DNA of 64,000 nucleotides from Octopus vulgaris (lineage: Eukaryota), in contig OX597814.1 in the NCBI GenBank assembly GCA_951406725.2, positions 74,462,001-74,526,000 on the forward strand. Direction: 5' to 3'. Positions 26,502 to 39,751 of this stretch are shown one piece after another (the first letter of the stretch is position 1; every line of letters begins with the position of its first letter). The position numbers and the translations under genes were made by a program. The notes under the pieces are model-generated. The model saw nothing but the letters and a program-made list of their open reading frames with translations. It made no database searches and had not been told where the DNA came from.

Positions 26502-28129
26502 AATTTCAGTTATTAATTGGGAAGGACATTAAGTTTTGAACTGTCCATTTCCTCTTGTCTATTCTATCGTGTCCATATGTCGATATACTGTTTTGTTAAG
26601 ATTCTAAAATATTATCAGCCGCGTATTAGAGACGAGACTCTAAAGGAAATCACCCACTATATATAGCCTGAGAATTGGTTTGGATTTTCGTTTGGAGTAA
26701 TTTCATTTATATATTTCAGTACTCGAACGACAAACCAACGAAGGAGCTTCTACGTGGTCGCTCGAAATAGCAACTAAACTTATCTAAGCTCGAATCTGAT
26801 TGCTTTAAATCATCGTTTTATTTTCTCTAAGACTGTAGGGTGCAAGTTAAGTAGTATTTGGTTTCTATCTCTCTTGGAGACTGACTATAGGGAGGCTCGA
26901 TTAATATATGTAGTTACATGTTGAGTTCACGCTGACCCAGTCAGGTCAACGTTAGGTTCTTCGAATTCTAGCCAACAATGTAAGCCAACGAGGGAGCCTG
27001 GACCTGCTAGAAATAGCTGCAACGTCTCACTCAAATCACTCCTGTCTTAAAAATAGAAAAAATAAAATAAAAAAAGAACACATTAGACTCATATATATAT
27101 ATATATATCTAAAAGACTGGATATAATTATAAATAATATGTCCAGAAAAACAAAAAAGGAAAAAGACGAGTTAGTCAAAGATAATAGGTTTTCCTTCTTT
27201 TTTTTAACCATAGGTCTGTTCACTCAAGGTCTGTCAGCTCAGGTTTAAAGAGCAATATCAAAATCGTGTGCTTGAGTAAGACTGAAACATAAACGTCCAA
27301 GTATCTCATTTCCTTTCTCCAACGAATTCGATTGAAGAGATTACTCCCAGTAAGGCTATTTGCGGCACCAGTGCCTGAATTGACACTGGGATTCTATGTA
27401 TAACATTTCGGGTGTCTACCACTGACAAGGTCAAGGGAGACCGAAATCATGTGATCAGGCAGTCTCAGTGGCGATAGCGGACAATTATTTCTCGCTAGCG
27501 ATATAAACACGAATGCTTGTATGCATCATATGGGAGGTTCTCTCGGTAAATAACGCAGTATTTTGTGTTCTAACACAATATCCACTTTTAAGTGGGATAA
27601 ATATTAATTAATAGTTTTGGTCAACTCCAGAAGGATAAAAACGTAATATCGATCAGACAAGATATTTGGCTTTGGAAACCTAAGGGACAATATTAAACAT
27701 TTTCAAGCAGGGAGGTGGTGATAGACATGTAAGAAAAAAGTTATGAAGAATTCGGTATAATTTAAATAATTATAAGTGATATAGGGGAAATAGCTCATGT
27801 GACAAATTGTAGGAACGTAGATAATACCTTTAGATGGTGTTATACCAAAGATCATATTCATAATGAATTGAAATTTACCGTTTCTTTGAAGTTATTTCGC
27901 TCTGAATATTGTGAAGATTCCGTCTGAATTCATCTCAAATTTTTAGACATAAGTGGAATACTACAAAGTTATATCGATCGCTATACTTCATTGTATTTTA
28001 TCGACCTAGGAAGGACGAGAGGAATATTCAGCCTTTGTAGGATTTGAACCCTGTACGAAAATGGAACTAGCTAATTCCTGCAAAATGTTTGTCCGACGCT
28101 CTACCGATTTGTGAATTCACTATTCTCTA

Positions 28130-28517
28130 GTAAAACAGACACAGCGACAAAAATTTGGGGATAGGAGAAGAATCAACACTAGTTCTTGGTTCGTATTTTA
28201 TTTTATCGACACCGAAAGGATAAAAAGCAAAGATAACCTCTGTGAGATTTGAACTTAGAACGTAAAGGACCGTAACTAAGACACTTTGACTGACGCTCCT
28301 GATGATTTTGTTAATACAAAATAATGGTTTCTGATTTAGGAACAAAGCTACCAATTTACTGAGTGGAAGAGTTCCCAGTATATGATAAGTACTCATTTTA
28401 TCAACCCCGAAAGGATAAACGGCAACCTTGATCTGGGCGGAATTTGAACGTAAAGACGGACAAAATGCTGCTAAGCAGTGTGCCCTGCGTGCTAACGATT
28501 CTGCCAGCTGACCGCCT
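28130..28517 (-). mobile_element. Two decayed Meta-like SINE copies
   Basis: TTTTATCGAC..GAAAGGATAAA..GCAA core twice; head CTGCCAGCTGACCGCCT. Confidence 0.7.
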
Positions 28518-28596
28518 CACCAATAGCTAAAAGCTATCTTCTTTACCTTTTCTCTAAAACGAAATCGAAAAATAAAAAGGATTTGGGAGAGAAGAA

Positions 28597-28632
<36 letters not shown>

Positions 28633-28957
28633 CTGAGTGTGTGTGATTACAACTTAAATAGCATGATGAGATCGTGCTGAAAAAGAAAAAAATGTCAAGA
28701 AACGATAACGGATATCTAAATAGTTGAAACAATTATCTTCAAAACATAAAGATGATTATTTTTGTTAAACTTGTGATGACGGGTGACTTTTCATTTTAAT
28801 GCAACATAGAGAATTATTAGGACGATTAAAATAATTTCATGTTCGGTGGTAGATACCACTGAACATTTTAGTCACTGAATTAAAATACAAACATGGTGAT
28901 TCTGACGTCATTTGATTAAGATATCTTAGTCTTGACAAAGAGCAGACATGTTGATCA

Positions 28958-29169
28958 TGTATTATAGTTGAATATTCCCTCCTTAGATTAAAAACAAAAT
29001 TCAGAAACAATCTTAAAGATCAGGTACTGATAATGAGAGGCAGTGTTGATATCTACTATAATTGTATTATAGTTGAATATTCCCTCCTTAGATTAAAAAC
29101 AAAATTCAGAAACAATCTTAAAGATCAGGTACTGATAATGAGAGGCAGTGTTGATATCTACTATAATTG
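28958..29169. repeat. Apparently perfect 105-bp tandem duplication
   Basis: TGTATTATAGTTGAATATTCCC...CTACTATAAT occurs twice back to back. Confidence 0.92.
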
Positions 29170-29434
29170 ACCGGAAAGTATTTGACCGCACGGATGACAA
29201 TCCTTCTTCTGTTTTACCCACCTAATATTTTCTTACTCAGGAATGGGTTACAGACGAGCAAATCAGCGAAGCAGCGGATTATTTTCCGACTTTAGATACT
29301 TAAGTTCCCGCAGCACCTGATACTCCTGAACCAGTTTTTGTGTGTCCCACAAGAGGAGTCGATGCTAGATGTATCGAAACAATTGTTGTGATTAATAATA
29401 TATTCTCGTATATTCCATCTTCTGTCTTTCATTT

Positions 29435-29480
<46 letters not shown>

Positions 29481-29484
<4 letters not shown>

Positions 29485-29690
29485 ATCCAAACAAAGAAGA
29501 ACAAGCAAAAAAAAAAAAAACAATAACGCGAGGACGTGGTACAAGTACTGTATTATCAGACGCTCAGGAAAGGAAGGAAAGAGGATTTAATGTTTCGAGC
29601 CTTGCTTTTCTTCAGAAGTAGTGGAAAGTCCAAAGGAAAGGAAAACGTAGGAAGAAAATCTCCAACGATACACATGCGGTTACATTTTGA
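29481..29690 (-). mobile_element. PLE-type terminal repeat with degenerate hammerhead (29585-29618)
   Basis: Minus strand CTGAAGA-AAAGCAAGGCTC-GAAAC-ATT; homologous to 20660-20836. Confidence 0.65.
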
Positions 29691-29749
29691 AATGATCGAA
29701 AGGAATGGGTGAAGAAAAAGTTCTTTCTAAGACAGGAGAGTGCAAGAGG

Positions 29750-31500
29750 AGATATGTGTGTGTATGTGTGGGTATGTGCGTGCGCACAGGCCTGTGTGTG
29801 TGTCTAATAATAGCACGTGTATGTGCGTATGTGTGCGTGTGTGTGTGTGGTTTTTAGCTGTTTATATGTGTGTGAGTGGACTTTGTGTCGCTTAATGTCG
29901 TAGGAAGAATTTACAGTTGGAATTTTAGGTGGGAGTGGCTGTCTTTTGTGTGTCTCCCTTCATATGTGCAGAGGAGAATGGTCAGCAGAAAGGTGTTTAA
30001 CTTATAGTTTGATGTATGTGCGTGTATGTATCTGTTGTGTATGAGTGTGTTCGTGTGCGTGCATGTACCTGTACTTGTGTGTACGTGTGTATGTGTGTAT
30101 GCGTAGGGTTGTGTCTGTGGAGCAAGTGTGTGTTACTCTGTGTGTGTGCGTGTATGTGCGTGTGTGTGTGTATATCCATGTATGAATAATTGTGTGTAAG
30201 TATGTATGTGTGTGTGGGAGGTATGTGTGGATTCATTTGCGTGTGTGTGTGAATGTATGTGCGTGTGTAATTATGTGTGTGCTTGTGAGTGCATGTGTCT
30301 GTGTCCGTGTGTGTGTATGTGTGTGTGTGTGCTTGTGAGTGCATGTGTCTGTGTGTGTGTGTGTGTGATGTGTGTGCATGTGTGTGTGTGCTTGTGAGTG
30401 TGTGTGTGTGCATGTGTGTGAGTGTGAACGAGGGGTTGTGTGTGGAGGTATATGTGCGCTATTTTTTGCGAGTGTATGCGCGTGCGTGTGTGTGTGTATG
30501 TGTGTGTGTTTGTATGTGCGTGTACGAGTGCGTGTGTGTATGTGTCTGTGTGTGCATGTGGGTTTGTGTACGTGTGTGCGTGGGGTGTGAATGTTATGTA
30601 TGTGCTCATTCGTGTGCATGTGTGCGAGTGCGTGTGTGCTCATGTGTGTGTGTGTGTGCATGTATGTATATGTATGAGTGTGTGTGCATGTGTGCGAGTG
30701 CGTGTGTGTGTATGCATATGTGTGTGTGCATGTGTGTGCATGCATGTTTGTGCGCATGTGTGTGCATGTGTGCGTGCGTGTGTGTATGTATGTGTTTGCG
30801 GGTATGTATATATTATGTGTGTACGTGTGTGTGTATGTGTGCGTGTATATGTGTGTGTATGTGAGTTTCTGTATCCGTGTGTGCGTGGCCTTGTGTGGGG
30901 TATATGTGCGTTCCCGTGTGTATGTGCGTGCGTGTGCTTACGTGCGTGTGTGCGTGATATGCGTCTGCACGTGTATGTGCGTCTGTGCTTATGCCCATGT
31001 GTAACTGTGTGCGTGTCTGAGTGTGTGTTGCGTGTGTGGGAGGCATGTGTGCGTACATGTGCGAGTGTGTGTATGTATGTGTGCATGCGTGCGTATATGT
31101 GTATGTGCGTGTGTGTGTATGTACGTGTGTATATGTGTGTGTGTGTGTGTTTGTATGTGCGTATGCGCAAGTGCGTGTATGTGTGTATGTGTGCGTGTGT
31201 GTGTGAACGTGGAGATGTGTGTGAAGTTACGTGTGCGTTTTGTTGTGTGTATGCGCGTGTGTATGTGTGTATGTGTGCGTGTGCGTTTGTGTACATGCGT
31301 GTGTGCGCGCATGTATGTGTATGCTGTATGTGTGGATGTATGTGTGTTGATGTATGTGAGTGTGTATGTGCATGTATGTGTGCTTTATGTGAGTGGTGTG
31401 TGTGGGAGGTGTATGTGCGTTCATGTGTGTTCACGGGTGAGTATATTTCTTCGTATATGTGTATATGTACGTGTGTTGTGTGTATGTGTGCGTGTATACA
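29750..31500. repeat. Cryptic (TG)-rich simple repeat block
   Basis: Degenerate TG/CG/TA dinucleotide array with recurring G-rich sub-motifs. Confidence 0.9.
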
Positions 31501-31639
31501 GTAATAAAATAAAATATAATAAATTATAATAAAAAGCTTGATAGGGGATAAAGACGTTAATACAATATAAAATGGCGCAATAAAGAAACAAAAAAATAAA
31601 TAAAGTTGCTGGTTGCAGGCTGTTGTAGAGGCAGTCATT

Positions 31640-32971
31640 AGGAGGAGGGAGTTGTATTTAGTCCAAAGGGCATAGGTGTTCGTAGATTAAAAATATAACG
31701 TTGTTCCAGGCGGGATCGCGAGTGTGTAGATCCGTGGTGCAGAGTGGGGCCAAAGACGGAGATGTTAGAGGGGGAGTAATTGGCCAAGCGGAAGTGACGG
31801 GCGATGGGGGTGTTCGAACGTAGCCGAACATCCTTTAGATGTTCGGTGAACTGGTCGGCCAGCCGGCGGCCCGTCTGACCTACATATAATTTAGCACAGA
31901 GTTTGCATCTAATATAGTATATGAGACTAGAAGAGGTGCAAGAGAAGAAATTTGTGATGTGAAGAGTGTGCTGGTTGGAACCAGTGAGGGAGGTAGTGTT
32001 GGTGATTAAGGGGCAGGTGTGTCAGCAGGATCTGGAACACGGAAAGGATCCAGGTGGGGCTGGGAGGGGAAGAGGAGAAGGTGCTACGGACCAGTAGATC
32101 GCGTAGGTTCCGGGCGCGTTTAAAGGATGACAAGGGATGGTAGGCGAAAATAGGGTGGGTGGTGGGATCGAGCTGGGGACGACGGAAGGCCCGTAGAATC
32201 CTCCGACGAAGGGGTAGGATGGAGGAGTGGAAAAGGAGGTGAAATGGGTGCGGTTAGGGGATTGGTGCGATCGATTCGACGAGCGCGAGCAAGGATGCAT
32301 GAACAGGCGGGCAAGGTACTGGGACTGAGTCTCGAAATCCTGGTCCCGGCTGCACAAGCGTCGGAGGCGGAGGAACTGGGAGTAGAGGATGGCCCATTTG
32401 GTGTGGAAGGGATGGGAGGAGGAGAAGTTGTAGTAGAGTTGGGAATCTGTGGGTGGTGAGAGAGTGGGAGGGGAGGTCAATGGTAAGAGAGATATCTAGG
32501 AAGTTAACCGAGGTGTTAGAGATGGTAGAAGTAAATTGGAGAGAGGAGTGGAAGTTAGAGAGGAAAGAAATGAAGTGGCCGAGTTGTTCACAGGAGAGGG
32601 AGATGGCACCTATACAGTCGTCTATGTAGCAACCGTATAGTTCTGGGGTCGGCCCAGAGAATTAGGAGAATACTTGGGCCTCCATGTGACCAACAAATAG
32701 GTTGGCGAAATTGGGGCCCTTCCTCGTTCCCATCGCGACCCCAGACATTTGTTGGTAGGTTTCCCAGGCGAACATAAAGCAGTTGAGGGTGAGGACAAGC
32801 TCTGCTAGACGAAGGGTGAAGGTGCTGGGTGTGGGGTCAGGGCAACGGTCGAGGAAGTATTGGAGAGCTAAGAGACCGTCGTTGTGGTGGATCACCGTGT
32901 ATAGGGATTTGATGTCCAAGGTGAAGAGGAGGTGTGAGGGGCCGGGAGGGAAGGAAAAGGAATTGAAGAGG
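31640..32971 (-). mobile_element. 5'-truncated, decayed Penelope-like element (RT plus GIY-YIG)
   Basis: DIKSLYTVI, YQQMSGVAMGT, YIDDC, SHPFHTKWAILYSQFLRLRRLCS, and IYYIRCKLCAKLYVGQTGRRLADQFTEH. Confidence 0.9.
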
Positions 32972-33949
32972 CGTGATCAGTGCCGTGTATGTGGAACGGG
33001 AGGACAACAACTAAAGGGGACAGGATGCGGTCAGTGTAACAGTTTGCTTTGACATACACTTACATTGTGATTTCTGCAATGTGGTGCATAAATTGTCAAG
33101 TAAATGAGAGGTATCTTTGCCTCCACTGATTCAGTTGCAAAGTGTTGAGTAAAGTTATTTGATTGCAGACCTCCTTTCAGTCTTTTTATTATCACTGGGT
33201 CACACATTGTCCCCAGATGGTAACATTGATTTCAAGGCCTTCCCAGGTGAGTGACTGGTTATTCAAAGACATTTATAGATTGTAAATTTATTCTGTCCAG
33301 TTACGCATCATATAGTGGTCATTTGCAAATTCCAGAGGTGAAACTTTAATTTCTCCTTAGCCCTCACGTCACACAGTTGTTAATGTTGATTTCAGTTGGG
33401 TCACACCCTTCCAATTGCTATAGATTCGTAATGCATCTTACGGCTGTGTCTGTCACCTGGATGGTGAGGAATCCTACATTGGGAGTGGTAACGACTAGGG
33501 TAGGGTAACTGACTGCTTATTGTGATCATTCGTCTTTTGGTTTCCTGTAGCTTTGCTCTCTTTTACAAACACAGTGAACATATATTTCCTATTTCAAAGA
33601 AATTCAAACAATAGATATAAGTCCCAAGTTAAAAAGATTCTCAACAATTCAACTTCTCTGGTTGATATTAAGATGCCCATCCCCAACAGGGGCCTTAACT
33701 CTCACATTTTAGAGCACTATGACCTTCATTTTTCAGGAGCAAAATCCTTTTAACAGGTTCAATAAGACTGGAATTTTGGAATATGCGCATAAAAATCAAT
33801 AGTATGGGATACATGTGGCACGATTACAATTTTTTTAGGGTGTTTAAAGAGGGAAATAACCCTCATCTGCAATTTTCATGCAATTCGAAACAGATATTCC
33901 AGTTCATTACAGAAAATATAACAGAAAAGTCTAATTCTTCAATTGAATG

Positions 33950-33979
33950 TAACCGGGCAACGCCGGGTATCTCTGCTAG
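33950..33979 (+). mobile_element. Helitron 3' terminus
   Basis: CCGGGCAACGCCGGG hairpin-like motif followed by CTAG|T. Confidence 0.55.
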
Positions 33980-34299
33980 TACTAATATAAAATTGCGGAA
34001 TAGTATAGAAAAAGAGGGTGGGAAATCGATAATGAATGACAGCATGCTGAGAAAAATTAATCGAACAATAAACAAACACAGAAATTCATAACATTGAAAA
34101 CAAAAAATCGAATTGGACTCAACAATATTAATAAACTAAATAAATTATATTCTTCTTAACTTTAAACAGTAACCTTGTGCAATTCATTTTCGATAATTTG
34201 CTAATTTGCTAGAGAATATCGTTAAAACATTTTACCTATACCTATTCATTTTAAGTATTTTGCCTCTCTATCTCTCTCTTTTCCCTCCCTCTCCTTCAA

Positions 34300-34475
34300 T
34301 CCTTCTCCATCCCAAAATACATAAACCCAACAGCTCTCCCCTCCACCGCTACCAACCTCATCGTCCGAACACCCCGTACCTCCACCATCTATTTCCTTCC
34401 TAAAAACATAAATCCAACAACCCTGGCCGCCCCATTGTTTCTCCCTGCAATTGCCCCACCGAACTCATTTCAAAA
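34300..34475 (+). pseudogene. Penelope RT N-terminal fragment
   Basis: PKIHKPN and NNPGRPIVSPCNCPTELISK. Confidence 0.65.
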
Positions 34476-35142
34476 TTAGAAATAATGCTCAACTTTTATG
34501 CTCGGGTAACCCTACAGCTTCCAAGAGCACAACTGTATTCATTTTTGCTTAGATAAAATGACAAAATTGTGGGTGTTAAGTCCCCATGGAGGGGTCTTTC
34601 TAACTTGTAAGAAGATGAAATTTTATAAATATTACTTTATTTGTGTCTAATATCTATGGTTAAAATATCATCAACAGCAAAATATATGAATTGTCATGGG
34701 GGTTATGGCCCTTATGCATAGAATATAATTTCCAAATTTCATAAAGATCCATTCAGTACTTTTGACCTAGTTTTGGATCATAGAAGAAATTACTAAAATT
34801 TGGGAGTTAAGGCTCCCATTAGTGTGTTTTATATATATATATATAGATAGATAAATATAGATATATACATACACACATACAAAGATAAATTGATAGATAC
34901 AACTGAGTGCGCAAACAAAAATATGAGACACTGCGTAGTGCTTTTTTATGTTGATAAGCCTGGTACTTATTCTATTAGTTTGTTCTTGTGAAGCCAGTAA
35001 GTTATGTGGATGTAAATAAATAAACAGCAGTTGTGAAGCAGTGATGAGGGACAAATACAAAGACACACACATAGACTTACATATATGCATACATATATAT
35101 ACGATTGATTTGTTTTAGTTCCTGTCTACGAAATCCATATAT

Positions 35143-36470
35143 ATTGTTGTTGGCATCCGTTTTGTCTCGGGAGACAATGGAGTTGCGCATAAAATAATCT
35201 AGTCCGGCTTTTACATCATTTCATGTCCTGCTGTGGCTGTGTAGTCCTATCCTGTACAAACATTCTCTCTGGCAGGTGCCGCAAATGTAGCGAAGACTTT
35301 GCCTGGCTGGTTGTAATGTCATAACTTCTTGTTGACGTCTTTTCTTGTCTTTCTATTTCTTTCCTCTCTCTCCATGTCACTCATTTGGGTTCCCTCTTTT
35401 ACGGTACGTCGCCAATCTCCTCGGTTGCTGGCAACTGCTTCCCAGTTGGTAATATTGATGTTGCAGGCATTCATGTCTCTTTTGCAAACATCCTTGTATC
35501 GTAAGAACGGTCTTCCCACAGACCTAGTGCCCCTAGCAATCTCTCCGTTGAGTATGTTCTTGGGGATTCTGCCATCTTCCATACGGCTAACATGTCCAAG
35601 CCATCTCATACGTCTTTGTGTGAGGAGTGCAAACATGCTTGGTATTCCTGCTTGCTTGAGGACATCTTTGTTGGGGACATGACTCTGCCATTTGATGCGA
35701 AGGATTTTCCGGAGGCAGCGCAGGTGAAAAATATTTAGGCGACGCTCTCGGCGTGTGTATGGCGTCCAAATCTCACTTACATACATTTTTGTGGTCTTGG
35801 TCAGCTTATTGTTGTCTCATGCCCGTTTGGAGAGTTGGGCAATCAAAGCAGCTGCCTTGCCAATGCGTATATTGAGTTCAGCATCAAGGGATAGGTTGTA
35901 GGTGACGGTAGAGCCAAAATAGGTAAACTTCTCCACCTCCTGTAGTCTTTGATCTCCAATATGTATGTTTGGGATGTCCGATGTAGCCTGACCCATGATG
36001 TTGGTCTTCTTGAGGCTGATAACTAAGCCAAAGTTGCTACATGCTTGCTCAAAACAGATGATGAGCCTTTGTAGGGCTTCTTCTGTGTGTGATACCGGAG
36101 CGGATCATCAGCAAATAGTCTACCATCACTTCTACTGTGCAGAAATACTCCATCTTCTGATGTCTCAAAGGCATGTGACAGTAGCAGCGAGAAGATGCCA
36201 AATAATGTAGGAGCAATGACACAACATTGCTTTACCCCATTTTCTATTTGGAAGGCAGCTGATGTTGAACCATTGTACTGTATGGTGCCTTGCGTATCAT
36301 AATGGAAAGATTTGATGATCCTCAGCAGCTTTGGTGGACATCCGAGTTTTTGGAGCAGGATGAAGGGGACTTTTCTACTTACCAAGTCAAAGGCCTTTGT
36401 CAGATCAATGAAGGCCATATATAATGGCATTTTCTGCTCTCTGGACGTCTCCTGAAGTTGGCGTATGGAG
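35143..36470 (-). mobile_element. 5'-truncated RTE (BovB-like) LINE
   Basis: FIDLTKAFDLVSR, GVKQCCVIAPTLF, LFADD, RWLGHVSRMEDGRIPK..GRPFLRYKD; 3' tail ..GGATGCCAACAACA. Confidence 0.92.
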
Positions 36471-36471
36471 A

Positions 36472-36511
<40 letters not shown>

Positions 36512-36708
36512 ATATATGTATATACATATATACGTTTAAATATTTGTTGTGCAAGATTTTTTATGTGAAGTCGTGTGTTGAAACAGATATTGTTATATTT
36601 CGGAATGGTCATATTGCCAGTTTAGCCAATAAAAACACACGCACTATATATTTGGTGTTATTTTGCTTCAGTGATATTTATTTTTTACATTAATCTTAAT
36701 CTTATTTC

Positions 36709-36752
36709 GGCCAAAGTTCTTTCGTCACACTCCTGTGACCGCATCAGTGGTC
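36709..36752 (-). ncRNA. Hammerhead-like motif with one core mutation
   Basis: CCA-CTGATGC-G-GTCACA GGAG TGTGAC-GAAAG AA CTT-TGG. Confidence 0.55.
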
Positions 36753-37074
36753 CTTTGTTTTCTTCTCACTTATTTGTATCTCTCCTTACTAACCGTCAGC
36801 CATTTTGTATTTCTATTGTATGTCTTCATTTGCGCATGCTTATATCTCTATGTGCGTCTATGTTTATTTAGTGTGTGTGTGGGGGGGATGCCTGTAATAT
36901 TTGTATCTTCTGTTTATATACATTCTTGTAATTTGTATTTTGTTTTTGTTGTTGTTGCTTTTGTTCTAATTTTGTTCATGTGTTTACATCCACCCATTAT
37001 TATCATTACATATGATTGTATGTATGTATAACAACAATATTAGTAATAATAATAATAAATCTAATCGAAAAAAA

Positions 37075-37139
<65 letters not shown>

Positions 37140-37814
37140 CACATATACAGGATAGAAAATGCTAAAATAATTTTATAAAGAACATTTCAGTACCGGTTTC
37201 AGTCATTGAGACTTTTTCAACTATAACAATTAAATAATTAAATTTAGAAAAATTAAAAGGAAAGTTTTTTAAAAAGAATATTTGTATAGTGTTCAAATAT
37301 AAATGACATTTTCCTTGTTTCTGCCTGTCTGTCTCTCTTGTTTACTCTTGTGGGTTCGAGGTCGTTGTGAATTCTTGGTAGGGAAGAAGAAGAAGGAGGA
37401 GAAGGAGGAGAAGGGGAGGAAGAAAACGAAGAATTTGGGAGTGTCATGATTGTAGTATTTTTGAATGGTCAGTGGAGGCTAGCAGTTGCTGTTCAATTCA
37501 TGACAATATTTCTATTGAATGTTTTATTTATAGAATTTGCGTAGGTGTTATACTAAAACGCATTAGAGATAAAGTTAGGAAGGAGAAGGGGGAGAAGAAG
37601 AAAAAGAAGAAGAAAAAGAAGAAGAATTTGATGATGATGATGATGAAGAAGAAGAGGAAGAAGAAAGAGAAGGGAGAATATGAATGAGTGAAAGTAGTGA
37701 GGTGTTGAATGACATATATATATTGTTGATGTATATATATATATATATATACATCCATATATATATATATATATACATCCATATATATATATACATCCAT
37801 ATATATATATATAT

Positions 37815-37869
<55 letters not shown>

Positions 37870-37895
37870 TATATATATACATCCATATACATATA

Positions 37896-38101
37896 CGTAA
37901 TACTGAAATAGTGGAGAAGATATGATATTGCTGTGGGCTCGCCCTAGGCAAGAAGTTAATATTTTTTGCACATGACACTACATGGACCCTAAGTAAGGCA
38001 TGTGTAAAATTTGAATGAAATTGGTTGTGTAGTTCTCAAGTTTTATGGATTCACACAGACAGACAGACACACACACACATTCTCAGTTTTATATATATAG
38101 A
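37896..38101 (-). mobile_element. 5' fragment of non-autonomous Helitron family B
   Basis: Matches 53860-54200 and 59064-59260; TCTATATATATAAAA 5' end. Confidence 0.75.
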
Positions 38102-38255
38102 TATACGGGGAAGAGTTTTCCTTTCAAATATGTTTTCTGGTTTATTTTTATATAATAGTTAATCTAGAATAAATGAATATTAGCAAAACTCCCTTAAAAC
38201 GGAACTTTAAAATGCACTGTATCAAATGATAAATGAATACTAGTAATATACTATA

Positions 38256-39168
38256 CTAGCAGTATCGCCCGGCGTTGCTCGGGTTTGTAAGGGAAATAAC
38301 TATATAAGCATTTTTAGTGAGTTATAGCAAAAAGATAGCAAAAAATGCATTAAAAATGGAATAAAAAATGATGGTAATTTTTTTTAAATCGTTGACTCAT
38401 CGTAGACATTTTTAGAGAGTTACTTCCCTTATATAATAGCGAAAAAATGCATTAAAATGGAATAAAAAATGATGGTAATTTTTTTTAAAATCGTAGACTC
38501 ATTGTAGACGCGCGCTAATACCCAGAAGGGCTCGATATGAATCACGACTATAAGATACCCGGTTTTGGTTAAACTGCACCGCAAAATGTGGGAGTAGTTA
38601 GGAATCTAAATCGTAGGAGACAGACACACAACTTCACTTTTATATATAAAGATTTGTGCAACAACTAAAACATTCGGTTGTGCAAATTGTTTGCACAGGA
38701 AACCTGCCCTGTGTGGCGGTAATTGCCGTTTTTGTGGATCTGTTTCAGCTTTTTTTAGCGATTTCTGTTTTGGCGACTTCAAGCCATGAAGTCGTTGTTC
38801 TAAAAGAACGCTGGTCTCCTTGACAACGCATTACGACGTTGATTTCCTTACACTCCCTTCCCCACAGCTTCACGAGGGAGGGAAGAAGGGGGAGAAGCAA
38901 ACAGGTGCAGATGTGAGCATGGACGCCAACTCCGCCGCCATCGACACACGAAAAATTATGCATTAAAATGGAATAAAAAATGATGTTAAATTATTTTTAA
39001 AATCGTAGACTCATCGTAGACGCGCGCTAATACCCAGACGGGCTCGATATGAATCACGACTATAAGATACCCGAATTTGGTTAAACTGCACCGCAAAATG
39101 TGGGAGTAGTTAGGAATCTAAATCGAAGGGGACAGACACTCACACAACTACAGTTTTCTATATATAGA
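38256..39168 (-). mobile_element. Non-autonomous Helitron family A with duplicated 5' module
   Basis: Same sequence as 21641-22268; CTAG plus hairpin at 38256; 5' ends near 38652 and 39168. Confidence 0.8.
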
Positions 39169-39751
39169 TAAACATTAATACTAGCAATATTCTACAAAAA
39201 CAATTTAAAATAAAGATCTTATCAACAGTAGACAACAATAATCAAAAACAGCTAATAAGCAATAAATGTGTGAACATTCTAAAAATTATGATTTCAGCTG
39301 TTATGTTGGCGAAGTGTGAGTGTGTGTGTAAAAGAGAGGTATCTAAACATGCGCGCGCGCGCGCGTGTGCGTGTGTGTACAATGGAAATTGGATGGTAAT
39401 GTTTAATGCTGAAAATGTATATGTATGTGCGTGTACAAGAGAACTATGTGAAACTTTACATATACATGTAAAGAAAATATAAAAAATAAACTATTGATAT
39501 TCAAGTACAAAGCACTTACAAGCAAGAGCAATTGCTATTACATCACACAGCATGAAATAAAACAAGACAACAAAACATTAGTCAACAATGCATCAACAAT
39601 CCAGAGAATCCCAGACAAAAATACACTATTGATGTTAGCAACAATAGTTATAGTACGGCACGATGCGAAACACAGGTAACAGACAACAGTCAGAAACAAA
39701 AAATAAACCATCTAACAGATTTCATAAATCTAACAATCACAATTCAAACAA

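Noticed and set aside
29997-31638. Long Cys/Val- or His/Thr-rich ORFs (up to 354 aa), and similar ORFs at 5383, 22681, 23811 and 37528
   Set aside because: Translations of TG/CA/TA microsatellites that lack stop codons by composition; no domain signal
33060-33560. Possible ancient LINE remnant
   Set aside because: No diagnostic motif could be read with confidence
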